Of a stretch of 60,585 bases of DNA, positions 1 to 8,045 are shown piece by piece. The stretch comes from a virus: positions 1 to 60,585 of IMG/VR virus record IMGVR_UViG_3300034069_001005, one strand, 5' to 3'. The position numbers and the translations under genes were made by a program. The stretch's first letter is position 1, and each line of letters begins with the position of its first letter. Under the pieces are notes generated by a model. The model worked only from the letters and a program-made list of their open reading frames with translations, ran no database searches and was not told the DNA's origin.

Positions 1-141
1 CGACGACCTGGCGCGCCTCCAGGCGCTCCTCTCGGGCGTGGTGGACGAGACGCTGGTGGACACCCTGGCGCGCGACATGGGGCGCGTGAAGGCCAAGCTC
101 AATCTGCCGGCCGTCGGCACGCCCTACCGGGAGGACGATTA
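1..141. repeat. Terminal overlap: bases 1-141 are identical to 60445-60585 (circular closure; unique length 60444 bp)
   Basis: Direct comparison of the first and last 141 nt shows identity. An open reading frame crosses the junction in phase (60444 is divisible by 3). Confidence 0.95.
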
Positions 142-1648
142 TCTCGTCTACGACGCAAGCGTGGATGATAACACCTATACCGGGTACAGCTGCAAGATCT
201 CCGAAGGCCTGCGGTTCGGTCCTGAAAATATTAACCAAACGCAGATGGCGGTACTCAACCCCTTTGACAAAAGCGCGGCGGTTTCGGCGGGCGGTATCTT
301 GCTGCCGCCTTACGTTCAGTCCCTCCAGCGCATCGTCAAGGACGGCATCAATTATGTGTCTCTGACTCAGTATGCGTTCCAAACGGTCAGCCTAGTTCAG
401 GCGACGATGAGCGGATCCCGCGTGCGCTACGGCGCCGAGTTCGAGGAGGCGGCTAACTCCTCCTTCTTCGCTGGCGGTAACTACACAGGTAATGCCTCCG
501 GTATCGCGTCCACGTTCCAAAAGGACGGACAGACATTCCAGCTTTATGATACCGGACAGACCAACGCCGAGGGCTACAAGGTCTATCGGGTCTCCAATTA
601 CTGGACGGACTATATCTCAACGCCCTACTGGCAGCGCACGCCGCTCACTGGCTCCGCCCAGGCCTATCCCTGGGCTCAGACCTTTGTCCAGAAGCAATCG
701 GGCTGGGCGGTCGGCATGTCGCCGCGCATTAACATTGTGCCGGCCTCTGGCGCCATCACGTTCGGCATCTGCGGCACGGTCAACGGCCAGCCGGATCTCA
801 CCAATATTCTGACTCAAGTCACCTTGCAGTCGAAGGACGTGGTGCCGATTGCCAAGCTCGGCCAGTGGATCGTTCCGCTGGAGCCGACCTTCCTCCAGGC
901 CGGCCAGCGGTACGCCTATTTCGTCCTGACTCAAGCGGCCTACAGTCACCAGTGCGCCGACATCGCCGAAAACGCGGGCGGGACATGCTTCTACATGATC
1001 GACGGCGGGGTCTGGTATCCGAACCCGAGCCAGAACCTCACCTTCGATCTGGTTTTCGCCTCGTTTCCGACGAGCCAAGTTACCGTCAATCTCGCGCCGC
1101 TGTCGCTCTCGGGCGGCATCGCCTCGATCGACATCCTGGCCAACGCGATCGTCCCCGCAAACACGTTTCTCAACTACGAGATTCAGGTGAACGGGGTCTG
1201 GATCACGCTGGGGGAGACGGATGTCAGCGCGCTCGTGTCGCTGCCGCCGCTGGTGCCGTTCCGCGTGACCTTCGTCGGCACGGCCTATGTGATGCCCGGA
1301 CTTACGCTGTCCGGATCCCAGGTGACGGTGAGCCGGCCGAAGACGGTGCTTAAGCGGGGCGCCAAGCCCTACACGCCCGGGATCAGCTTCTCCAAGGTGA
1401 CGTTGAAAACCACGCTGGTCGACTTCCAGCCCGCGCATCACACCTACACCGGCAAGGTGCTGGCGGGCGGCGCGCTTCGGACGCCCGACATCACCACCGA
1501 TGTCGCCCTTGACGCCCGCACGATCGAGCGGACGCAAGTCTTCAACCTGCCGGCCGCGGCGACGTCTTACGTGGTGGAACAGGATGGTACGGTGGACAGC
1601 GCCGCCAACCTGTTCCACGGCGCATCCCTGTTCGAATTCGTCCAGTAA
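1..1648 (+). CDS. 3' part of wrap-around tail-fibre-module structural gene (starts at ATG 59819; 757 aa across the junction); family uncertain
   Basis: Track ORF 38..1648 is in phase with the stop-free frame opened by ATG 59819. It occupies the gpH-like position right after the gpI-like gene. Confidence 0.75.
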   Translation, partial: DDLARLQALLSGVVDETLVDTLARDMGRVKAKLNLPAVGTPYREDDYLVYDASVDDNTYTGYSCKISEGLRFGPENINQTQMAVLNPFDKSAAVSAGGILLPPYVQSLQRIVKDGINYVSLTQYAFQTVSLVQATMSGSRVRYGAEFEEAANSSFFAGGNYTGNASGIASTFQKDGQTFQLYDTGQTNAEGYKVYRVSNYWTDYISTPYWQRTPLTGSAQAYPWAQTFVQKQSGWAVGMSPRINIVPASGAITFGICGTVNGQPDLTNILTQVTLQSKDVVPIAKLGQWIVPLEPTFLQAGQRYAYFVLTQAAYSHQCADIAENAGGTCFYMIDGGVWYPNPSQNLTFDLVFASFPTSQVTVNLAPLSLSGGIASIDILANAIVPANTFLNYEIQVNGVWITLGETDVSALVSLPPLVPFRVTFVGTAYVMPGLTLSGSQVTVSRPKTVLKRGAKPYTPGISFSKVTLKTTLVDFQPAHHTYTGKVLAGGALRTPDITTDVALDARTIERTQVFNLPAAATSYVVEQDGTVDSAANLFHGASLFEFVQ

Positions 1649-1658
1649 GGAAAACCAG

Positions 1659-1901
1659 ATGAAGATTCAGCGCGGCCCACGGGCCTTGGAGAACCTGGAG
1701 GGCGTGGTGCCCTCCCTGGCGGGGCCCAGCAAGCCGGTGACCGATGTCACCGTGTTCGGGCCCGAGACGCTCTACACGGTTCGGCTCTCGGCCCCGACGC
1801 CATACCGGGGCACGGACATGCCGTCCACCGTGCTACACACGGTCAAAGGCGTCGTGGCGGAGGCGATCCGTCAGAACATCGCCGCTTATATCGAAGCCTG
1901 A
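1659..1901 (+). CDS. Hypothetical protein, 80 aa (fibre module)
   Basis: In-frame ATG inside track ORF 1500..1901, 11 nt after the previous stop, with an AAGGA RBS-like element upstream. No family recognised. Confidence 0.5.
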   Translation: MKIQRGPRALENLEGVVPSLAGPSKPVTDVTVFGPETLYTVRLSAPTPYRGTDMPSTVLHTVKGVVAEAIRQNIAAYIEA

Positions 1902-1911
1902 GAGGTCGGCC

Positions 1912-2970
1912 GTGGGAACCCTAGACAGCGCCTATAAGTGGGGCAAATCCGAAGAACTCACGGCCGAGAACTTCGACAAACGATTCCTGGACATCAATCA
2001 TCGCCTCGGCCCGCTAGAGGCGCTGAACCTCGCCTACGACGTCCTGGTCGGCGAGGTGAACGACACCGTGCTGGCGCGGGTCAACGAAACGATCGACGGT
2101 CTGCGCGTCCAGCTGCAGCAGATCGCGCTCCTGCAATGGCTCACGGGCGTGTCCGGAAGTTCGATCACGCTGACGGAGGGCGCTGACTCTGCTTTGCTGA
2201 TCGTAGATACGGACAGGGAGTTGTTCACCCCTGGCCCGTATTCCGTATTGCAAAGAGTATCGGATGCAAACACCTATGCGATACTGAAAAGTCAGAGTTA
2301 CGACCGCGCCAGTGGTCAATACAATTTCAACATTCAGACCGTATTCGGCACCCCGGGGACATACACGGACTGGAGCGTGGCGGCTGTGGCCGGATCGACG
2401 CTGGCCCAAATCACCCTACTAGCGACGGGTCGTCTGGTCAGGGATGCCGCCATCGCCGCCGCCGCCGCCGCCGCTGCCGATCGCGCTCTTGCGGATGCCG
2501 ATGCCTCCGCCACGGCGTTGGACCGAGCCGCCGTGCATGACGATCGGATTGCGGCGGACGGTAGCGCCTCGGCGGCCGCTACTGCGGCCAGCCAGGCCAA
2601 GGATTTTGCCGCCACCGTCGACAACAGTACCTACGTCAAAAAGACAGGAGCAACGCCTTTCACAGGGGTTCAGCAGGGCGTGGCACCCGCTCCCGGTGAT
2701 AACTCATCGGCTCTGACGACCAGCGCCTGGGTGAGGGCTCTTCTTGCCGGTCTCGTCAATGGATCACCCGCTGTTCTCGACACCCTCAAGGAGCTCGCGG
2801 ACGCAATCGGCGACGATCCAAATTTCGCAATCACGATCTCCTCAGCCCTTGCGAACCGCGTGCGTGTCGATACGCCCCAGGCGGTCGGCGCCCATGCTCA
2901 ACGTCAAGCGCAGCAGAATATAGACGCGCTTTCACCAGGTCAGATCCTGGCTCTCGCTATCGCTAACTGA
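1912..2970 (+). CDS. Tail fibre protein
   Basis: GTG start with a GAGAGG RBS 6 nt upstream. It has an Ala-rich coiled-coil stretch (AAAAAAAADRALADADASATALDRAA) and a C-terminal LDTLKELADAIGDDPNFA motif common in phage tail fibres. Confidence 0.7.
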   Translation: MGTLDSAYKWGKSEELTAENFDKRFLDINHRLGPLEALNLAYDVLVGEVNDTVLARVNETIDGLRVQLQQIALLQWLTGVSGSSITLTEGADSALLIVDTDRELFTPGPYSVLQRVSDANTYAILKSQSYDRASGQYNFNIQTVFGTPGTYTDWSVAAVAGSTLAQITLLATGRLVRDAAIAAAAAAAADRALADADASATALDRAAVHDDRIAADGSASAAATAASQAKDFAATVDNSTYVKKTGATPFTGVQQGVAPAPGDNSSALTTSAWVRALLAGLVNGSPAVLDTLKELADAIGDDPNFAITISSALANRVRVDTPQAVGAHAQRQAQQNIDALSPGQILALAIAN

Positions 2971-2979
2971 GGAACAGGC

Positions 2980-3882
2980 ATGCCCGCGATCTTTAACCGC
3001 AATGAGCGCCCGGCCTATTATTCGCTACCCGCGGCCTTCCGGGCAACGGTCGGCGCCGCGGCTATCACGGCCTTCCCGGCTTCCACCGCCATGTGCGGGG
3101 TCCAGGCGTCGGCCACCATGGCGTTCTCCGCGCAGCCGAACGTCAATTCCACGATCACCATCAACGGCGTGCAGATCACCTTCGTGGCCGCCGGGGCGGC
3201 GAGCCCGGGCTTCTCACTGCGCGGACAGGCGCTCTCGGGCACCATCCTGTCGTCCAGCGGCGTGCCGCTGCCCTATCAGGCCGTGGGGCAGTTCGGCCTG
3301 CAGTGCGAGATCTCGGCGGCGGGGCTCTACGCGACGCTGCTCAACCTCATCGGGCTGTGCCGGTCCTGGCCGGACGAGAACCTGGCGCAGGTCCATCTCC
3401 GGCTCCGTGGCGGCAACACGATCCAGGTCTCGGCGTCGGCGACGGGGACGGGCGGGAACGCTATCCCGATCGCCGCGTCGGCCGGCGCCAATGTCACGCT
3501 CACGGGCGCGACGACAGTGGCCAACAACGTGGCCGGCAACACGACGCTGACCGGCGGCGCGGCGCCGGCCGCCGGCTACGCCGTGCTGGTGGAGCCGCAG
3601 CCTCACCCCGTCGAGATCTCTGCCGCCTGGGGCATCTGCCGGGCGTCCCAGGCCGCCGGCAGCGTGACGCTGTTTGAGAGCGACGGCACGGTCCTGTCGA
3701 AGGTCGATGCCGTCACCTTCGCAGCCGGCAGCACGCTGTCGGCAACGCAAGAGCTGTCGCGCATCCCGTTCTCCAACATCGCGGCCGCCACGGTGCTGGA
3801 ACTCGCGCCGTGGACTGGCCTCTATGCCTACGGGTCGACGACGCAGGTGGTCGACCTCACCGCGTCCGGCGGGGTGTATTGA
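2980..3882 (+). CDS. Hypothetical fibre-module protein, 300 aa
   Basis: ATG with a GAGGA RBS. Ala/Gly/Thr/Ser-rich, beta-rich-looking sequence. TGA overlaps the next start (ATGA-type coupling). Confidence 0.55.
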   Translation: MPAIFNRNERPAYYSLPAAFRATVGAAAITAFPASTAMCGVQASATMAFSAQPNVNSTITINGVQITFVAAGAASPGFSLRGQALSGTILSSSGVPLPYQAVGQFGLQCEISAAGLYATLLNLIGLCRSWPDENLAQVHLRLRGGNTIQVSASATGTGGNAIPIAASAGANVTLTGATTVANNVAGNTTLTGGAAPAAGYAVLVEPQPHPVEISAAWGICRASQAAGSVTLFESDGTVLSKVDAVTFAAGSTLSATQELSRIPFSNIAAATVLELAPWTGLYAYGSTTQVVDLTASGGVY

Positions 3883-4631
3883 TGGTCGGCGCGATCACCG
3901 GCAATGCGTTCGGCGGAGCGCGTCGGGCGGCCGGGGTCCCGCAGCGGACAGGAGGTGCAGCGACGAAGATCTTCCAGATCGTGACTGTCACCGCGTCCGG
4001 GGCGGTGCCAGTGCCGGCCGGTGTGGTCCTCGTCGATATCTACGTCATTGGCGGTGGTGGCGGAGGCAGCGGCTATAACAGCAACAATACAGGGGGTGGT
4101 GGCGGCGCCGGTGGAGAGCTGAACGCCAGCTTCGGGCTGCTGGTAGCTGCAGGTATGGTGCTGAACGTCTCAATCGGTGCCGGTGGTGCCGGAGGCGGCC
4201 TTTATAGTCCTGGCGGCGCAGGCGGGGTAACCACAGTGACGAATGCCCTCGGTGCCACTATGGCATCAGCGGCCGGCGGTCTCGGTGGATCGGTGCGGTC
4301 GGGCGGAAAGGGCCTGAGCTCTCCGGTCGCTGCATCGGGTTTATCCATACCGGGCGGATCGGGTGGTGACGGGACCGGGAACGGCGTCGGAAACCCGGGT
4401 GCGGGGGCAGGCCCCAATAGCGGCGGCGCCGCTACGAACAATGGGTCCTATCCGGCCACAGGCGCTGGAGGCGGTGCATCGGCCGCTATTACAGGTGGCG
4501 GAACGGGTGGCCTTCAGTCCTCGGGTGGCGTCGCTCCGGGCGGAGGTGGAGGTGGCGGCTCGGGAGGCGGCTCGGGCTCAGGTGGAGCAGGCGCCGCTGG
4601 CGGCGTGACATTCATCTTCAGGAGCGCGTGA
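3882..4631 (+). CDS. Glycine-rich domain protein (fibre module)
   Basis: ATG 3882 overlaps the previous TGA. The N-terminal beta-like segment (KIFQIVTVTASGAVPVPAGVVLVDIYVIGGGGGGSG) is followed by GGxGG repeats, as in phage glycine-rich-domain proteins. Confidence 0.6.
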   Translation: MVGAITGNAFGGARRAAGVPQRTGGAATKIFQIVTVTASGAVPVPAGVVLVDIYVIGGGGGGSGYNSNNTGGGGGAGGELNASFGLLVAAGMVLNVSIGAGGAGGGLYSPGGAGGVTTVTNALGATMASAAGGLGGSVRSGGKGLSSPVAASGLSIPGGSGGDGTGNGVGNPGAGAGPNSGGAATNNGSYPATGAGGGASAAITGGGTGGLQSSGGVAPGGGGGGGSGGGSGSGGAGAAGGVTFIFRSA

Positions 4632-5173
4632 TGTATCAGCAGACCCGCCTCTCCGACCTCTCCGCAATTGGCGCGCCCGGCGATCTTCCCGAGGTCATTG
4701 CGACCTGGGGTGACGCGCCCGCGCTCCTGGCCGACCTCACGGGCCACGTCGACCCGCAATTTGGTCTCGACGGAACCGGCTTCTGGCCTGTTGATGTGAC
4801 CACCCCGGCGCACGACCCCAGCACCGAGATTGTGATCCAGCCCACCGTCTGCGAAGCGGTCGACGCCGTCGGCAAACGGTGGGTGGCGACGGCCACGGTC
4901 CGAGCGATGACGGACGACGAGCTCCGGACATTCAACCCGGTGCCTCTCCAGGTCTCAAACCTCCAGGCGCGGCGCGCGCTGCGCGCCAACAGCCTGTTCG
5001 ACAAGGTCGATGCCGCGATCCGCGGCTCCGGGAACGCCGATTATGTCGACGCCTGGGACTACGCGGGCGTGTTCCTGCGCGACGATCCGGTCATTGCGGC
5101 CATGACAGCGCTCCTCGAGCTATCGCCGCGACAGGCCGACGACCTGTTCCGGCAGGCCGCGCTTTACTTGTAG
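4631..5173 (+). CDS. Hypothetical protein, 180 aa (possible fibre assembly/accessory)
   Basis: ATG 4631 (or GTG 4628) overlaps the previous TGA, with an AGGAG RBS 6 nt upstream. No family recognised. Confidence 0.55.
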   Translation: MYQQTRLSDLSAIGAPGDLPEVIATWGDAPALLADLTGHVDPQFGLDGTGFWPVDVTTPAHDPSTEIVIQPTVCEAVDAVGKRWVATATVRAMTDDELRTFNPVPLQVSNLQARRALRANSLFDKVDAAIRGSGNADYVDAWDYAGVFLRDDPVIAAMTALLELSPRQADDLFRQAALYL

Positions 5174-5185
5174 CGGCTGTCGAAT

Positions 5186-5217
5186 GGCGCCGGCCGGCAT
5201 CGTGACCGGCCGGCGCC
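5186..5217 (+). other. Perfect 12-bp GC stem-loop (GGCGCCGGCCGG-N8-CCGGCCGGCGCC) between the fibre module and the sheath gene
   Basis: Read directly. There is no U-tract afterwards, so it may be an attenuator or RNA-processing/stability element rather than a strong intrinsic terminator. Confidence 0.5.
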
Positions 5218-5270
5218 GCTCTGCTATCACATAGCGGCCGGTGAGACCGGACGCATAGGAGTCAAGCGAC

Positions 5271-6824
5271 ATGACGGATCCGGTCTTCGGCCTAAAGATC
5301 ACCCGCGACACGACCGAGTCGATCTCGGTCATCACCTCGGACATGAGCATCACCGCGATCTGGGGCACCGCCCCCGATGCCGACCCCAGCGTGTTCGAGG
5401 AGAACTACCCCGTCCGCATGGCGTCCAACGATGCCAACATGCTGGCGGCGCTCGGCACGGACGGCACGATCCCGGACGCCATCAACGCCATCAACGACGC
5501 GCTCGGCGATTATCAGTCCGCCGCCACGCTGGTGATCATCCGGGTGGCCGAGGGCGCCAACGACTTCGAGACCATCCAGAACATCATCGGCACCGAGGCC
5601 GGCCAGACGGGGCTCTATGCGGCCCCCATCATCGGCGACCTTCTCGGCCTGGTGCCGCGCCTCTGGATCATCCCGGGCTACTGCCATCAGGCCCTCAACC
5701 GCCTCGACAAGCTCACCCCCGCGGTGGCCGGCACCAACTATGTCGACCCGCCCGCGGTCTCGTTCAGCGGCGGCGGCTCCGATCCCAACAAGCGCCTGCC
5801 GGCCGCGCATGCGGTCCTCGGATCTACATCCGCGGGCACGGCCGGCCGTGTGGTGGCCTATATCGTGGACGATCCCGGGACCAACATCACCGGCCCGCTC
5901 GTGGTCACCGTGGCCGCCCCGCCCGCCGCCGCCGACGGCCAGCCGGCCAGCGTGACGGCCACAGCCACCCCGACCATCGACGTGCGCTCCAATGCCGTCG
6001 TGGCGGCCCTGCCGGGCCTCCTGAACCGCTGCATCGCCCACGCGGTGGCCGAGGGCCCCGGGACGACCGAGGCCGATGGTGACGCCTGGCGCGAGACGAT
6101 CAACTGCGACCGCATCATCCCCGTCGATATGTGGTGCAACATCCAGGTCGGCGACACGATCGTGGCGAGGCCTGGCGCGGGCCGGGTTGTGGGCATCGGC
6201 ATCCGCCGGGACTACGAGCGCAACGGCGTCCCGTCCGGCTCCTGGGCGAACCAGCCCGTCAACGGCATCGTCTCGTTCGTCCGCAAGGTGCCCTTCTCCC
6301 TCACCGACGGCGCGCTGGAGGGGCAGCGCCTGCTCCTCAACAACATCGGCGTCGGCGTCCGGGGCGAGCTCGGCGTGGCCACCGCCATCGCCAACAGCGG
6401 CTACATCTTCGTGGGCACCGACGTGGCCACGGACGATCCGCTCTGGCAGTTCTACAGCACCACCCGGATGCGCGATTACATCCACCTCGGCTTCATCCGG
6501 ACGCTGCGGAATTACCTCGGCAAGACGAACATCACCCGCCAGACGGTCCGGGCCATCCTGAACACGATGGACACCTGGCTCAACGACCTCCAGGCGGACG
6601 GCCACATCCTGGGCCACACGGTCGGTTTCGAGGCCGACAAGAACAGCCCGGACAACATCCGGCTGGGCCGCCTCCGCGTGAACTTCCAGGCCGAGGAGTC
6701 GCCCGTCCTCCGTCGGATCGACATCGACTCGCGGCGGTATCGCCCGGCCCTGGACTCCCTGGTGAACGAGATCATCTCCGACGCCTCGAACCCGGGTGCG
6801 TCGGCCGCCGCCGCTTCCACCTGA
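5271..6824 (+). CDS. Contractile tail sheath protein (P2 FI / Mu gpL type)
   Basis: 517 aa, lying immediately upstream of the tube gene. The N-terminal pattern and size fit the tail sheath family. Confidence 0.8.
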   Translation: MTDPVFGLKITRDTTESISVITSDMSITAIWGTAPDADPSVFEENYPVRMASNDANMLAALGTDGTIPDAINAINDALGDYQSAATLVIIRVAEGANDFETIQNIIGTEAGQTGLYAAPIIGDLLGLVPRLWIIPGYCHQALNRLDKLTPAVAGTNYVDPPAVSFSGGGSDPNKRLPAAHAVLGSTSAGTAGRVVAYIVDDPGTNITGPLVVTVAAPPAAADGQPASVTATATPTIDVRSNAVVAALPGLLNRCIAHAVAEGPGTTEADGDAWRETINCDRIIPVDMWCNIQVGDTIVARPGAGRVVGIGIRRDYERNGVPSGSWANQPVNGIVSFVRKVPFSLTDGALEGQRLLLNNIGVGVRGELGVATAIANSGYIFVGTDVATDDPLWQFYSTTRMRDYIHLGFIRTLRNYLGKTNITRQTVRAILNTMDTWLNDLQADGHILGHTVGFEADKNSPDNIRLGRLRVNFQAEESPVLRRIDIDSRRYRPALDSLVNEIISDASNPGASAAAAST

Positions 6825-6861
6825 CGCCATCGCGGCGTTCCCACCGTAAGGATCCAGTGCA

Positions 6862-7392
6862 ATGGCAGCAGATCTCATCATCCTGGAGGCCGTCACGCTC
6901 TACTGCGGAGACGACGACACCACGGACGGCAAGTTCCTCACCCTCAAGACGATCAAGCTCCCGGCCCTGACGGAGACCTTCGTCGACCACAAGCCGGCCG
7001 GCTCGCGCTTCAACGTGAAGCTGGGCATGGGCATGGAGGCGCTGGAGTGCCCCTTCAAGCTGGAGGGCTACGATCCGAAGCTCATGGCCCAGATGGGCCT
7101 CGGCCAGCGCGGCAAACGGAAATATACGGTCCGCGGCAAGCTGGTCGACAAGCTGAACGACATCGACATCCCGCTGGAGGCCATCATGTATGGCAAGCTC
7201 GGCAAGGTGGAGCGTAACGAGTTCCAGCGCGGCGAGCTCAACGGGGCCGACTATTCCATCTCCGAGATCATGCAGTACGAGGAGATCCAGGCCGGGGAGG
7301 AGCTCTACTATTGGGTTTTCCGGACGAACACCTGGCGGGTGGGCGGCATCGACCAGAACGCCTCCGAGAACAGCATCCTCGGCATCTACTGA
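6862..7392 (+). CDS. Tail tube protein (P2 FII type)
   Basis: 176 aa. The N-terminus LEAVTLYCGDDD...KLPALTETFVDHKPAG and the C-terminal GIDQNASENSILGIY pattern are typical of the major tail tube family. The position after the sheath gene fits. Confidence 0.85.
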   Translation: MAADLIILEAVTLYCGDDDTTDGKFLTLKTIKLPALTETFVDHKPAGSRFNVKLGMGMEALECPFKLEGYDPKLMAQMGLGQRGKRKYTVRGKLVDKLNDIDIPLEAIMYGKLGKVERNEFQRGELNGADYSISEIMQYEEIQAGEELYYWVFRTNTWRVGGIDQNASENSILGIY

Positions 7393-7413
7393 CTCCAGCG
7401 CCCGAGAGGGTGG

Positions 7414-7444
7414 GGCCGCTTCGCTGATGCGAGGCGGCCTTTTT
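7414..7444 (+). terminator. Rho-independent terminator after the tube gene
   Basis: 11-bp stem GGCCGCTTCGC/GCGAGGCGGCC with a 4-nt loop, followed by TTTTT. Confidence 0.75.
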
Positions 7445-7497
7445 CGTGCCTATATGCCGGCGGGGCCAGGCGCCCCTAACCGCATCGGAGCACGATA

Positions 7498-7914
7498 ATG
7501 GCCGGATTTGAGACGTACACGCGCACCCTCATCGCGCCGCTGGTGATCGACGGGACCGAGCGGACCGAGATCACGATCCAGGAGCCCACCGTCGACATGC
7601 TCGAGGAGCTCGAGGATGTCGGCTACGGCGTGGGCGTGGTGGACGACAAGGGCGAGCCCGTGCTGAACGACAAGGGCGAGCAGGTGGCGAAGCCGATCGG
7701 GCTGCGCGAGATCCGCCGCTCGATCGAGATCCTGGCGGGCGTCCCCGCGGACTCCCTGCGCGGCATGCACAACCGCGATTTCAAGGCTCTGTCGGAGCAG
7801 GCCGGCCCTTTGCTCGGGCGCTCGGACAGCCCGGACGATCCGCCGAAGTCGGCAGCTCCGTCCGCTTCCGAGATCAGCTCATCGACATCGAGCGTGAGCG
7901 GCGCGACGAGCTAG
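7498..7914 (+). CDS. Tail assembly chaperone (P2 gpE-like, zero-frame product)
   Basis: 138 aa between the tube and tape-measure genes. The C-terminal 35 aa are low complexity and overlap the -1 frame extension. Confidence 0.7.
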   Translation: MAGFETYTRTLIAPLVIDGTERTEITIQEPTVDMLEELEDVGYGVGVVDDKGEPVLNDKGEQVAKPIGLREIRRSIEILAGVPADSLRGMHNRDFKALSEQAGPLLGRSDSPDDPPKSAAPSASEISSSTSSVSGATS

Positions 7915-8042
7915 TCGCCGAGGTCGCGCATCTTCTGCACACGCCATATCCGATGCTCCGCACGCGGCCGATCGGTGAGGTGATGCGGATGCACCAGCAG
8001 GCCGTCCGGATCGGCAAGATCATGGCGAAAAACAAGGGCTGA
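7806..8042 (+). CDS. -1 frame extension giving a gpE+E'-like fusion chaperone (joined to 7498..7812 by programmed -1 frameshift)
   Basis: Slippery heptamer C CCT TTG at 7806-7812 in the zero frame. The -1 frame is open to TGA 8040-8042. It encodes ...DQLIDIERERRDELVAEVAHLLHTPYPMLRTRPIGEVMRMHQQAVRIGKIMAKNKG, filling the otherwise non-coding gap before the tape-measure gene. Confidence 0.55.
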   Translation, partial: PFARALGQPGRSAEVGSSVRFRDQLIDIERERRDELVAEVAHLLHTPYPMLRTRPIGEVMRMHQQAVRIGKIMAKNKG

Positions 8043-8045
8043 CAC

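Noticed and set aside
1-141. The 141-bp terminal direct repeat as a biological DTR, LTR or att duplication
   Set aside because: A single gene reads through the junction in phase, and the repeat ends are arbitrary within coding sequence. This fits an assembler circular overlap.
5292-6896. 534-aa minus-strand ORF antisense to the tail sheath gene. Similar long antisense or alternative-frame ORFs occur at 11649..12782(-), 14174..15490(-), 48419..49876(-), 53836..55260(-) and 30096..31232(+).
   Set aside because: The translations are Arg/Gly/Pro/Asp-rich and featureless. They overlap genes with clear family signatures and lack RBS or start context. Long stop-free shadow frames are expected at this GC content.
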